DNA from: an uncultured Bacteroidaceae bacterium | Lineage (GTDB): Bacteria; Bacillota; Clostridia; Christensenellales; CAG-917 | Direction of reading: 5' to 3' | Length of the DNA stretch: 60,484 nucleotides | NCBI GenBank assembly: GCA_964592815.1 | Contig: CAZQGE010000002.1 | Span: 1-60,484 of the forward strand | Part shown: positions 38,502 to 46,895 of the stretch, piece after piece | Layout: each line of letters opens with the position of its first letter | Position numbering within the stretch: the stretch's first letter is position 1 | Translations under genes and position numbers: made by a program | Notes under the pieces: model-generated | Told to the model about the DNA's origin: nothing | The model's database searches: none | Seen by the model: only the letters and a program-made list of their open reading frames with translations

Positions 38502-39802
38502 TGTTTGAAACATTAGTTAACGCATTCAAGACTAAGGAAATCAGAGTAAAAATTTTCTTTACTCTGCTTCTCCTGTTTGTCTATCGAATTGGTTGTTTTA
38601 TTCCTTTGCCTGGTCTCGATGTCGCGACCGTCAAAGGATTGATGTCTGGCGGAGAATTCTTAGGCATTCTCAGTATGATGACGGGTGGTTCTATGCAAAA
38701 CGCAACTTTGTTTGCGCTTGGTATTCTTCCGTTTATTAACGCGTTTATCATAATGCAACTTTTGACTTTAATTATTCCTAAGTTGGAAAAATTGTCAAAA
38801 GAGGGTGACCAAGGAAGACAAAAGATTACGCAAATCACAAGATATGTTGCGTTGGTGTTAGGACTTATTCAAGCAATTGGTATTATTGTCGGATGGAAGA
38901 ATGCTATTGTTCGTATCTTTCCATTTGAAGCAGGTTGGGCGTTCCCCTATATGTCGGCAATAGTAATAATTACAGTTCTACTCGCTGGCAGCACTATGGT
39001 TATGTGGTTGGGTGAAAGAATTACCGAATACGGAATAGGCAACGGCACGTCCTTGATTATCTTTATCGGAATTTTGGGCACAGCTGGCAAAACAATGGCT
39101 GAATCGTTAAAACTTGTTGGACAACAATGGACTTATATTTGGAACATTCTGGGCTTTGTACTTATCGTTGTTGGAATTTTGTTCTTCATCGTCTTCTTTG
39201 ACCTTGCGGAACGAAGGGTAACCGTTCAATATTCCAAACAAGTTAAGGGCAATAAAATGTACGGTGGACAAACAACGTATATTCCTATCAGAATTAACGC
39301 AAGCGGTGTTATGCCAATTATTTTTGCATCATCACTTGTTATGTTCCCCGATATGATTATGGCATTGTTTTTCCGTAACAGCGAAGCCTATGCTTGGTAT
39401 GCTCAACATATGGGCGCAGGACATTGGCCTTATTATGTATTCCTGACAATTTTCATCTTATTCTTTGCATATTTCTATGCTCAGATACAGTTTAATCCAG
39501 ATGACGTTTCAAGGAATATCCAACAATACGGCGGTTTCTTGCCAGGTATTAGACCAGGTAAACCTACAAGCGATTTTTTGAGAAAGGTAAACAACAGAAT
39601 TACGTTCTTTGGAGCAATTTTCTTGGCGTTCCTCTCATTGATTCCGACCTTTATCTTTAAGGCTTTGTCACAAGACGTATTGCCGTTTAACTCGGCATTC
39701 TCAGCAACAGGCTTATTGATTGTCGTATCAGTCGCTCTTGAACTGAATAAACAGTTGGAAGCTCAAATTATGATGAAACACTACAAAGGTTTCTTGAAAT
39801 AA
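38501..39802 (+). CDS. secY: Preprotein translocase subunit SecY.
   Basis: 433 aa, 10 TM. ...RIGCFIPLPG..., ...GILPFINAFIIMQLL.... TAATG overlap with rplO. Confidence 0.98.
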   Translation: MFETLVNAFKTKEIRVKIFFTLLLLFVYRIGCFIPLPGLDVATVKGLMSGGEFLGILSMMTGGSMQNATLFALGILPFINAFIIMQLLTLIIPKLEKLSKEGDQGRQKITQITRYVALVLGLIQAIGIIVGWKNAIVRIFPFEAGWAFPYMSAIVIITVLLAGSTMVMWLGERITEYGIGNGTSLIIFIGILGTAGKTMAESLKLVGQQWTYIWNILGFVLIVVGILFFIVFFDLAERRVTVQYSKQVKGNKMYGGQTTYIPIRINASGVMPIIFASSLVMFPDMIMALFFRNSEAYAWYAQHMGAGHWPYYVFLTIFILFFAYFYAQIQFNPDDVSRNIQQYGGFLPGIRPGKPTSDFLRKVNNRITFFGAIFLAFLSLIPTFIFKALSQDVLPFNSAFSATGLLIVVSVALELNKQLEAQIMMKHYKGFLK

Positions 39803-39902
39803 TTTGAATAAACAAAAATTCACAAATAGCGCAAAATAGCGACTTATATGACACTCATTTAAGTTGCTATTTCGCACGAAAAGTTGTAAAATAGGAGAAT
39901 AT

Positions 39903-40529
39903 ATGAAGAATATAGTTTTACTCGGCGCCCCAGGAGCAGGAAAAGGTACTTTAGCAAGTATGATGGTGACAAGATATAATCTCCCGCACATTTCGACAGG
40001 AGACATTTTGCGCGCCAACATAAAAGAAGGCACCAAACTCGGGCTGGAAGCTAAATCTTATATTGACAAAGGCGAACTTGTTCCAGATAGCGTTGTTATC
40101 GGAATAGTTGAAGCTCGCTTGAAAGAAGCTGACGCTCAAAACGGATATATTCTTGATGGATTTCCACGTACTATCGCTCAGGCGGAAGCACTCGACAAAT
40201 TTACAAAAATCAACTATGTGTTGAACTTTGACGCAAGCTATGAAACAATCTTGCACCGTATATCGGGACGTAGAGTTTGTGCTTGTGGTGCAACGTATCA
40301 TATCGATTGGTTGAACGGAAGTGAAGTTTGTCCGAATTGCGGAAAAATCCTTTACACAAGAAACGACGATAAACCTGAAACGGTGACGTCAAGATTGGCT
40401 GTGTATGAAAAGCAAACCGCTCCGCTTATTGATTATTACAAAAACAAAGGAATACTTTTCGATATCAATGCGAATATAGGCAAAGACCTGACTATTTTAG
40501 CGATAGAGAAGGTGCTAAAAAATGATTAA
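39903..40529 (+). CDS. adk: Adenylate kinase (zinc-lid type).
   Basis: MKNIVLLGAPGAGKGT P-loop. AGGAG RBS at 39893-97. The ORF-track start at 39864 is rejected. Confidence 0.97.
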   Translation: MKNIVLLGAPGAGKGTLASMMVTRYNLPHISTGDILRANIKEGTKLGLEAKSYIDKGELVPDSVVIGIVEARLKEADAQNGYILDGFPRTIAQAEALDKFTKINYVLNFDASYETILHRISGRRVCACGATYHIDWLNGSEVCPNCGKILYTRNDDKPETVTSRLAVYEKQTAPLIDYYKNKGILFDINANIGKDLTILAIEKVLKND

Positions 40530-41265
40530 CCTAAAATCTTCGTCCGAAATCAAAGCGATGAAGGCGTCGGGACAAAAACTTAGAGATTTATTGCTTTATT
40601 TGGAAGAAAAGGTTAAACCTGGAATAACAACAAAAAAACTTGATGAATTTGCATACGATTTCATAAAACGTAACGGCGCAACGCCATCGTTTTTGGGATA
40701 CGGCGGTTTTCCTGCCTCGATATGCGCTTCAATAGATGAGGTTGTAGTCCACGGAATACCTTCGGAGAGACGCCTTAAAGAAGGCGAGATAATCGGGATA
40801 GACGCAGGTATGATTTTCAAGGGTTGGCAATCCGATGCAGCAAGAACGTTTGCAGTAGGAGAAATCGAACCTGAGAAACAAAGGTTGATTGACGTTACTA
40901 GACAGAGCTTTTTTGAAGGAGTTTCAAAGTTCAAAGAAGGCGGACGTTTAGGAGATATATCAAATGCAATTCAAACTTACGCTGAGTCAAACGGGTTTTC
41001 TGTTGTGAGAGCAATGGTTGGACACGGAATTGGCAGAGAGATGCACGAAGATCCGCAAGTGCCTAATTATGGCAGAGCTGGTCACGGTACTAGGCTTGAA
41101 AAGGGATTGACACTTGCCATAGAACCTATGATTGATATGGGGACTTGGGAAGTTGAAACGTTGTCTGACGGTTGGACTTGCGTAACATTGGACAGAAAAC
41201 CGTCCGCGCACTATGAAAACACGGTGGCTCTTACCGAAAATGGAGCTGAAATTTTGACGTTGTAA
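40522..41265 (+). CDS. map: Type I methionine aminopeptidase.
   Basis: ...VVHGIPS..., ...GHGIGREMHEDPQVPNYG.... 8-nt overlap with adk. Confidence 0.97.
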   Translation: MINLKSSSEIKAMKASGQKLRDLLLYLEEKVKPGITTKKLDEFAYDFIKRNGATPSFLGYGGFPASICASIDEVVVHGIPSERRLKEGEIIGIDAGMIFKGWQSDAARTFAVGEIEPEKQRLIDVTRQSFFEGVSKFKEGGRLGDISNAIQTYAESNGFSVVRAMVGHGIGREMHEDPQVPNYGRAGHGTRLEKGLTLAIEPMIDMGTWEVETLSDGWTCVTLDRKPSAHYENTVALTENGAEILTL

Positions 41266-41266
41266 T

Positions 41267-41536
41267 ATGGAACTTGGACAAGTGGTATATTCAAAAGCAG
41301 GACGTGATAGCGGAAGATATTTTGCTGTTGTTGAGATTGTCGATGAAAGTTACGTCAAAATTGCAAATGGTGATTTGCGTAGAATTAAAAGCGCAAAATT
41401 GAAAAAAATTAAGCACTTACGTTCAAATGGCGACGTGCTTGAAAAAATATCAGATAAATTAAAGAACGGAATGCAGGTATTCGATGCGGAACTTTTTAGC
41501 GCGCTCCGTTTTTATAACGAAAAAGCTGAAAATTAG
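41267..41536 (+). CDS. KOW-domain RNA-binding protein (the small conserved gene found between map and infA in Clostridia).
   Basis: [35 protein letters not shown]... (KOW-like). Starts 1 nt after the map stop. Confidence 0.6.
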   Translation: MELGQVVYSKAGRDSGRYFAVVEIVDESYVKIANGDLRRIKSAKLKKIKHLRSNGDVLEKISDKLKNGMQVFDAELFSALRFYNEKAEN

Positions 41537-41543
41537 GAGTGTT

Positions 41544-41762
41544 ATGTCCAAAGAAGATGTAATCGAAACCGAGGGTAAAGTTATAGAGGTTTTACCCAAA
41601 ACGCAATTCAAAGTTCAATTAAGCAACGGTCATATGATTCTTGCTTATCTTGGCGGAAAGTTACGTATAAACAATATCAGAATACTTGAAGGCGACAAAG
41701 TAAAAATTGAAATGTCACCTTATGATTTGACTAAGGGTAGAATTATTTACCGTAATAAATAG
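41544..41762 (+). CDS. infA: Translation initiation factor IF-1.
   Basis: [30 protein letters not shown]...[16 protein letters not shown] at 41535-39. The ORF-track start at 41484 is rejected. Confidence 0.97.
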   Translation: MSKEDVIETEGKVIEVLPKTQFKVQLSNGHMILAYLGGKLRINNIRILEGDKVKIEMSPYDLTKGRIIYRNK

Positions 41763-41799
41763 TCAAAAACAACAAATCGAAGAACTTAGGAGGTTCACA

Positions 41800-41917
41800 A
41801 TGAAAGTTAGACCAAGTGTTAAACCAATGTGCGACAAATGCAAGGTTATCAAGAGAAACGGCAAAGTTATGGTAATTTGCTCTAAGTATCCAAACCACAA
41901 GCAACGTCAAGGTTGAT
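41800..41917 (+). pseudogene. rpmJ: 50S ribosomal protein L36 gene with a one-nucleotide frame disruption (true frameshift or sequence error).
   Basis: From the ATG at 41800 (GGAGG RBS) the frame reads [28 protein letters not shown], then TAA at 41884-86. The conserved C-terminus (S)[13 protein letters not shown] is in the +1 frame and ends at 41917. Removing one nt near 41880-41884 restores a 38-aa L36 with the C-x2-C-x12-C-x5-H spacing of E. coli-length L36. Confidence 0.6.
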
Positions 41918-41933
41918 TAGTTAGGCAAAACTG

Positions 41934-41982
41934 CATAGAGCGGCTGGTCGCGCATTCCAAAATCGTAGCGACTATCTATGCG
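41934..41982 (+). promoter_or_regulatory. Structured spacer upstream of rpsM; candidate alpha-operon translational control element.
   Basis: Nested helices GCATAGA (41934-40)/TCTATGC (41976-82) and GTCGC (41948-52)/GCGAC (41969-73). No U-tract. Confidence 0.35.
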
Positions 41983-42025
41983 TAGTATAAATAGAAAATT
42001 TTACACAATTTTTCGGAGGTAGAAA

Positions 42026-42397
42026 ATGGCAAGAATAGCCGGCGTGGATCTTCCACGTGAAAAGAGAGTTGAGATTGGACTTACCTACATTTTTGGTATT
42101 GGTCTTCCTATGTCTCAAAAAATCTTGAGTGAAACTGGCATTGACGGCGATATCCGTGTTAAGGATTTGACCGAAGATCAAGTCAGTTTAATTCGTGATT
42201 ATATTGAAAAACATCTTCATGTCGAAGGCGACCTCAAAAGAGAAGTCGGACTGAATATCAAAAGACTTATGGAAATTGGTTGCTACCGTGGCATCCGCCA
42301 TAGAAAAGGTCTTCCCGTTCGCGGTCAAAGCACAAAGCAAAACGCAAGAACCAGAAAGGGTCCAAAGCGTACTGTCGGACGCAAGAAGTCTAAATAA
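42026..42397 (+). CDS. rpsM: 30S ribosomal protein S13.
   Basis: [26 protein letters not shown]... Confidence 0.99.
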   Translation: MARIAGVDLPREKRVEIGLTYIFGIGLPMSQKILSETGIDGDIRVKDLTEDQVSLIRDYIEKHLHVEGDLKREVGLNIKRLMEIGCYRGIRHRKGLPVRGQSTKQNARTRKGPKRTVGRKKSK

Positions 42398-42408
42398 GGA
42401 GGCGTGAT

Positions 42409-42801
42409 ATGGCAGCTACAATCAAAAAAATCAAAAAAAGAAAAGACATTAAGCGTGTTGAGAAAGGTCAAGCCCACATCCACGCATCATTCAACAATAC
42501 AATTGTTACGATTACCGATATGAACGGCAACGCAGTATCTTGGTCTTCATCGGGCAAACTTAAGCTCCGTGGTTCAAGAAAATCTACTCCTTTCGCCGCA
42601 CAAATGGTAAGTGAAGACGCCGCTAAGGTGGCATACGATCAAGGTATGAGAACCGTTGAGGTTTATGTAAAAGGACCTGGCTCAGGCAGAGAATCTGCTA
42701 TCCGCGCCCTTGCAAACGTAGGTATGGAAGTTACTCTTATTCAAGACGTATCTCCTATCCCTCACAACGGTTGCCGTCCGCCCAAGCGCAGAAGATTATA
42801 G
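42409..42801 (+). CDS. rpsK: 30S ribosomal protein S11.
   Basis: ...[29 protein letters not shown]... Confidence 0.99.
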   Translation: MAATIKKIKKRKDIKRVEKGQAHIHASFNNTIVTITDMNGNAVSWSSSGKLKLRGSRKSTPFAAQMVSEDAAKVAYDQGMRTVEVYVKGPGSGRESAIRALANVGMEVTLIQDVSPIPHNGCRPPKRRRL

Positions 42802-42811
42802 GAGGTAGAAT

Positions 42812-43405
42812 ATGGCTAAGTATACAGGTCCAGTATTGAAAAAATGCAGATCGCTTGGTATTGACCCTGCTGATATGGGTATCAGCAAAAAGTCAACAAA
42901 ACAAGTAAATTTCCGCAGAAAGAAACAAAGTGACTATGCTGTTCAATTGAAAGAAAAACAAAAAGTTAAGTTTGTTTACGGCATACTTGAAAAACAATTT
43001 AGAGCTTATTACGATAAGGCTTCTGTTCAAAGAGGCATTACTGGTGAAAATATGCTCATCCTTTTGGAAAGAAGACTTGACAACGTAGTTTATCGTTTAG
43101 GTTTGGGTAAAACCCGTGCTATGGCTCGTCAAATCGTAAACCACGGTCACATTACCGTTAATGGCAAAAAGGTTGACATCCCTTCTTATTTGATTAAGGC
43201 AGGAGACGTGATTGCTGTTAAAGAAAACAAGAAGAATTTAGCTCTTTGGAACGAAATTAAAGAAGTCAAAAATCTTAGCATAGTAAAATGGTTGGAATTT
43301 GACAACGCAACATTGACAGGTAAAGTTAAAGCTCTTCCTGAAAGAGCGGACATCAACGACATTGACATCAAGGAACACCTTATCGTCGAGTTGTATTCTA
43401 AATAA
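42812..43405 (+). CDS. rpsD: 30S ribosomal protein S4.
   Basis: MAKYTGPVLKKCRSLG... and ...LERRLDNVVYRLGLGKTRAMARQIVNHGHITVNGKKVDIPSY... Confidence 0.98.
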   Translation: MAKYTGPVLKKCRSLGIDPADMGISKKSTKQVNFRRKKQSDYAVQLKEKQKVKFVYGILEKQFRAYYDKASVQRGITGENMLILLERRLDNVVYRLGLGKTRAMARQIVNHGHITVNGKKVDIPSYLIKAGDVIAVKENKKNLALWNEIKEVKNLSIVKWLEFDNATLTGKVKALPERADINDIDIKEHLIVELYSK

Positions 43406-43425
43406 TCTGATTGGAGGATACAGTT

Positions 43426-44382
43426 ATGATGGAAATCAAAAGACCCAAGATAAGTTTCGAGGAGAACGAAAGCAAAAATTACGCGCGTTTTGTTGTAGAA
43501 CCATTAGAACGTGGTTTTGGTACAACGATTGGAAACAGCTTGCGTCGTATTTTGTTGTCATCACTTCCCGGCGCTGCTGCTGTGGGCATCAAAATCAAGG
43601 GTGTTGACCACGAATTCTCTACTATCAAAGGCGTCAAAGAGGAAGTGACTGAAATTATCCTCAACTTAAAGACAGTTCGTTTCAAAATTACTGGCTCACA
43701 AGAAGGCGCAGATAAAATCGAAGTGAAACTTTTCGCAGACCAAGTTGGCGAAGTAAAAGCAGGGGATATAATTCTTCCGTCTGACGTTGAAGTAATGAAC
43801 CCCGAAAAAGTTATTTGCACATTGGACGAAGGCGGAGTTTTGGATATGTCTATTTTTGTTGACCAAGGTCGTGGATACGTTCCAGCGACACAAAACAAAG
43901 ATAGCCGTCAACCAATCGGATATATCTCAATCGACTCAATTTTTACACCTGTTGTAAAAGCTAATTATTCGGTTGAAAGCACTCGTGTTGAGCAAAGTAT
44001 CGATTTTGATAAACTTACAATCGAAGTGACCACAGACGGCACAGTAACCGCAAAAGAAATTATTTCTTTGGCCGCTAAGGTTATGAATGACCACATTAAA
44101 TTGTTCGTTGACCTCGTTGACAATATGGACGATTACGAAATTCTGGTTTCACAAGATGATGACAAAACTCAAAAGGTTCTTGAAATGTCTGTTGAAGACT
44201 TAGACCTCTCCGTTCGTTCCTATAACTGCTTGAAGAGAGCCAACATACACACCGTTGAGGACCTCACCAGAAGAACCGAAGACGATATGTTGAAGGTGAG
44301 AAACCTCGGAAGAAAATCCCTCGAAGAAGTCGTTAAAAAGCTGGAAAATCTCGGACTCGGCCTTAAAACGCAAGAGGACTAG
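43426..44382 (+). CDS. rpoA: DNA-directed RNA polymerase subunit alpha.
   Basis: MMEIKRPKISFEE...FVVEPLERGFGTTIGNSLRRILLSSLPGAA. GGAGG at 43413-17 sits 8 nt before the ATG at 43426. The ORF-track TTG at 43411 is rejected. Confidence 0.97.
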   Translation: MMEIKRPKISFEENESKNYARFVVEPLERGFGTTIGNSLRRILLSSLPGAAAVGIKIKGVDHEFSTIKGVKEEVTEIILNLKTVRFKITGSQEGADKIEVKLFADQVGEVKAGDIILPSDVEVMNPEKVICTLDEGGVLDMSIFVDQGRGYVPATQNKDSRQPIGYISIDSIFTPVVKANYSVESTRVEQSIDFDKLTIEVTTDGTVTAKEIISLAAKVMNDHIKLFVDLVDNMDDYEILVSQDDDKTQKVLEMSVEDLDLSVRSYNCLKRANIHTVEDLTRRTEDDMLKVRNLGRKSLEEVVKKLENLGLGLKTQED

Positions 44383-44391
44383 GAGGATAAA

Positions 44392-44898
44392 ATGCCAAAA
44401 AAATTAGGAAAACCCACCGACCAAAGAATGGCTATGCTTAAAAACCAAGTTTCAGAGCTTTTGTGGTATGGTGAAATCGAAACAACTGTAGACCGTGCTA
44501 AGGCAGTTAGAAGCCTTGCCGAAAAATACATTACCATTGCAATGCGCTCATATCAAGATGAAGTTGTTGTGACAAAAACTGTTACAAACGCAAAAGGCGA
44601 GAAAGTTGCACAAGAGTTTACCAATGATGGTCCTAAAAAACTTGTTGCACGCAGAAGACTTATGGCAGAACTTCGTGACCTTCAAGAAGCACGCAATGAT
44701 AAGGAAAGCAAAACAGCATACAATGCACGTATCAAAGACGTAAAGCACCCCCTTATTGAAAAAATGTTTAAGGAATATGCTCCTAAGTATGATGCACGTG
44801 CAACTGAACTTGGCAAAGCAGGCGGATATACCAAAATTTTGAAAACTGGTTTTCGTCGTGGCGATGCAGCAGAAGTTTGCATTTTGAGACTTATCTAA
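44392..44898 (+). CDS. rplQ: 50S ribosomal protein L17, an enlarged 168-aa form with an internal insertion.
   Basis: ...KLGKPTDQRMAMLKNQVSELLWYGEIETTVDRAKAVRSLAEKYIT... and ...GGYTKILKTGFRRGDAAEVCILRL. Confidence 0.95.
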   Translation: MPKKLGKPTDQRMAMLKNQVSELLWYGEIETTVDRAKAVRSLAEKYITIAMRSYQDEVVVTKTVTNAKGEKVAQEFTNDGPKKLVARRRLMAELRDLQEARNDKESKTAYNARIKDVKHPLIEKMFKEYAPKYDARATELGKAGGYTKILKTGFRRGDAAEVCILRLI

Positions 44899-44917
44899 GG
44901 TAATTAAATCAATAATT

Positions 44918-44948
44918 AAAAATCTGTGCAATAGCGCAGATTTTTTTT
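44918..44948 (+). terminator. Rho-independent terminator of the ribosomal superoperon.
   Basis: AAAAATCTGTGC-aata-GCGCAGATTTTT, then more T. Confidence 0.8.
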
Positions 44949-44958
44949 GCTTTAATTA

Positions 44959-45000
44959 AAATGATTGATAAAATTTCGGTTAAAATTTTATCAATCATTT
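44959..45000. repeat. Perfect 18-bp inverted repeat with a 6-nt loop, AT-rich, between the convergent rplQ and ttcA.
   Basis: AAATGATTGATAAAATTT-cggtta-AAATTTTATCAATCATTT. Confidence 0.85.
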
Positions 45001-45101
45001 AAGACCATATAATTTATTTGTTTCTAATATAATGTCAAGAGATATTTGAAATTTATTGAGTAACTAATCAAATAAAATTTGGTATATATTATTGAATTTA
45101 C

Positions 45102-45833
45102 TCAATTTTCGGGCTTTTGCCATAAATTGTTGCGTTCTGGGTGATATATTGCGCCTAGAATGCGCTCTTTTGCAAAAGGAATTTCTTTGCAGATATGCTT
45201 TATTAAGTCTTTTGCGTATTCTCGTTTTGACACGTGGTTCATTGGGCATACGTTTTCAACAATAGGTAAATTTAGTCTAGTTACGGTTGCCTTTATGTCG
45301 TGTTCCTCTATATATATAAGTGGGCGAATTAAGTTTACGTTGCTGTTTGACATATATGCGGTCGGAGAAAAACAAGAAAATCTGCCTTCATAAAGCAATG
45401 AGAGCATCATTGTTTCTGCTACGTCGTCTGCATTATGTCCAAGTGCAAGTTTGCCACCACCAAGTCGGTTTACTTCATTGTTGAGCGCGCCACGTCTCAT
45501 TTTGGCACAAAGTGAACACGGGTTTGTTTCCTTTCTGGCCTCAAATACAATTTCTGCAATGTCTGTTTTTACAATATGATGCGGAATGCCTAAACTGTTG
45601 CAATATTCAGTCATCTTTTGCATTTGTTGCGCATCTGTGTTTGGCAAATTCATATCGATGGTGATTGCCTCTAATGTAAATTTTTCTGGCGAAAAAATGC
45701 GGTAATTTGCAAGGGCAGTCATAAGCAAAACACTATCTTTTCCTCCTGAAAGTCCAACGTAAATTTTGTCACCGTCAGAAATCATTTTATAATCAGTTAT
45801 AGCGCGTCGCATTGCGCTCAAAATTTTTTGCAT
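45102..45833 (-). CDS. ttcA: tRNA 2-thiocytidine synthetase TtcA-like PP-loop ATPase.
   Basis: PP-loop VGLSGGKDS. CSLCAKMRRGAL. 243 aa. Confidence 0.85.
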   Translation of the reverse strand: MQKILSAMRRAITDYKMISDGDKIYVGLSGGKDSVLLMTALANYRIFSPEKFTLEAITIDMNLPNTDAQQMQKMTEYCNSLGIPHHIVKTDIAEIVFEARKETNPCSLCAKMRRGALNNEVNRLGGGKLALGHNADDVAETMMLSLLYEGRFSCFSPTAYMSNSNVNLIRPLIYIEEHDIKATVTRLNLPIVENVCPMNHVSKREYAKDLIKHICKEIPFAKERILGAIYHPERNNLWQKPEN

Positions 45834-45895
45834 ATTAACCTCTTAATAACTGTGATTATAATAAATTTTAGAAAATATCGCAACGCCTTTTCATC

Positions 45896-45924
45896 TTGAC
45901 ATAAAAATAATCATAGAATATACT
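45896..45924 (+). promoter_or_regulatory. Candidate sigma-A promoter. It implies a very short leader for the 45938 gene.
   Basis: -35 TTGACA (45896-901), 17-nt spacer, -10 TATACT (45919-24). The ATG is only about 14 nt downstream. Confidence 0.4.
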
Positions 45925-45937
45925 CAAATAGGTAAAA

Positions 45938-46774
45938 ATGACAGTAACTATCGCAGAATTTTTTAGGAATATTTTAGGCAATGATTATTTAACGCTTTTC
46001 GTCATTTCGATAATACCAATTATTGAATTGAGAGGCGCGATTGTCATTATGGGCGGAATGCAAGGCATAAATCTCTTGGCGGGAATGTTTTGTTGCGTTG
46101 CTGGTTCTACTGTCGTTATATTGCCTATTTTATTTTTGATTAGACCTTTGATTATGAAATTGAAACTTAGCAAGAGATTAGCTTCATTTGGCAGAAAAAT
46201 GGAAGAAAATATATCTTATCGAGCCAGCACCGTTCGTACAGGGCAAAAAGTTGATGACATTTTGCACGATGAGGATATAAAGAAAAAGCACCTTTCAGCA
46301 GACGCTAAGAAATTTTTAGGGCTGTTTGTGTTTGTAGCTGTTCCATTGCCAATGACTGGGGCGTGGACTGGCTCAGCGGTCGGCAGTTTTTTGGATATTA
46401 AAATTTGGAAAGCAACTTTGGCTATTTTTTTAGGAAACATTGCTGCGGGTGGAATTTTGACATTGTGCATTAAGTTTATTCCGTCCGATTATATAGATGT
46501 TTTCCTATATTCGTTTGTTGCGCTGGCATTGGCGATTTTTGTTTCGTTATATTTTGCAAGAGTTAAACGACGTGAAAAAAAAGCAGAAAGAGAAATTGCT
46601 ATATATGGCGATAGAAACCGTTACGAACTAGCAAAACTTGAAAGAGAAGCAAAGGAAAGCGGTAGAAAGTTGGAAAAGAAAGCGTTTGTTGATGACAATG
46701 GCGACGAGCATATTATAATTGGAAACAATGAAGAAATAAATAAAAAGTATTTGGACAAAAATGATTTGATATAG
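45938..46774 (+). CDS. Membrane protein of the 'small multidrug export' (COG2426-like) type, with an internal charged loop and a C-terminal charged tail of about 80 aa.
   Basis: ...LFVISIIPIIELRGAIVIMGG... motif, 4-5 hydrophobic segments. Tail RVKRREKKAEREIAIYGDRNRYELAKLEREAKESGRKLEKK... Confidence 0.55.
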   Translation: MTVTIAEFFRNILGNDYLTLFVISIIPIIELRGAIVIMGGMQGINLLAGMFCCVAGSTVVILPILFLIRPLIMKLKLSKRLASFGRKMEENISYRASTVRTGQKVDDILHDEDIKKKHLSADAKKFLGLFVFVAVPLPMTGAWTGSAVGSFLDIKIWKATLAIFLGNIAAGGILTLCIKFIPSDYIDVFLYSFVALALAIFVSLYFARVKRREKKAEREIAIYGDRNRYELAKLEREAKESGRKLEKKAFVDDNGDEHIIIGNNEEINKKYLDKNDLI

Positions 46775-46823
46775 AAATTTAGTTTTTTTGGCTGCATTGC
46801 ACATATTGAATAAAACTGATAAC

Positions 46824-46853
46824 AAAAAAACTACCTAATTAGGTAGTTTTTTT
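46824..46853. terminator. Bidirectional rho-independent terminator between convergent genes.
   Basis: AAAAAAA-CTACCTAATTAGGTAG-TTTTTTT (perfect palindrome flanked by A- and T-runs). Confidence 0.8.
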
Positions 46854-46895
46854 ATTTTACGTAAATTTATGTTACTTTAATTTTTGTATCCGCTA

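Noticed and set aside
39864-39902. ORF-track N-terminal extensions for adk (39864), infA (41484), rpoA (43411, TTG), adh (50593, TTG), tatD (25221, TTG) and the SGNH gene (57164).
   Set aside because: In each case a downstream ATG matches the conserved family N-terminus. That ATG is preceded by a GGAGG-type RBS, or it abuts or overlaps the previous gene's stop codon. The longer forms overlap upstream genes or the RBS itself.
41875-41890. Programmed +1 frameshift (prfB-like) as the explanation for the rpmJ break.
   Set aside because: There is no SD-like stimulator a few nt upstream. The P-site codon CTC cannot re-pair in the +1 frame (TCT). An indel or sequence error is the more economical explanation. 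Kept as a finding only as a frame disruption.
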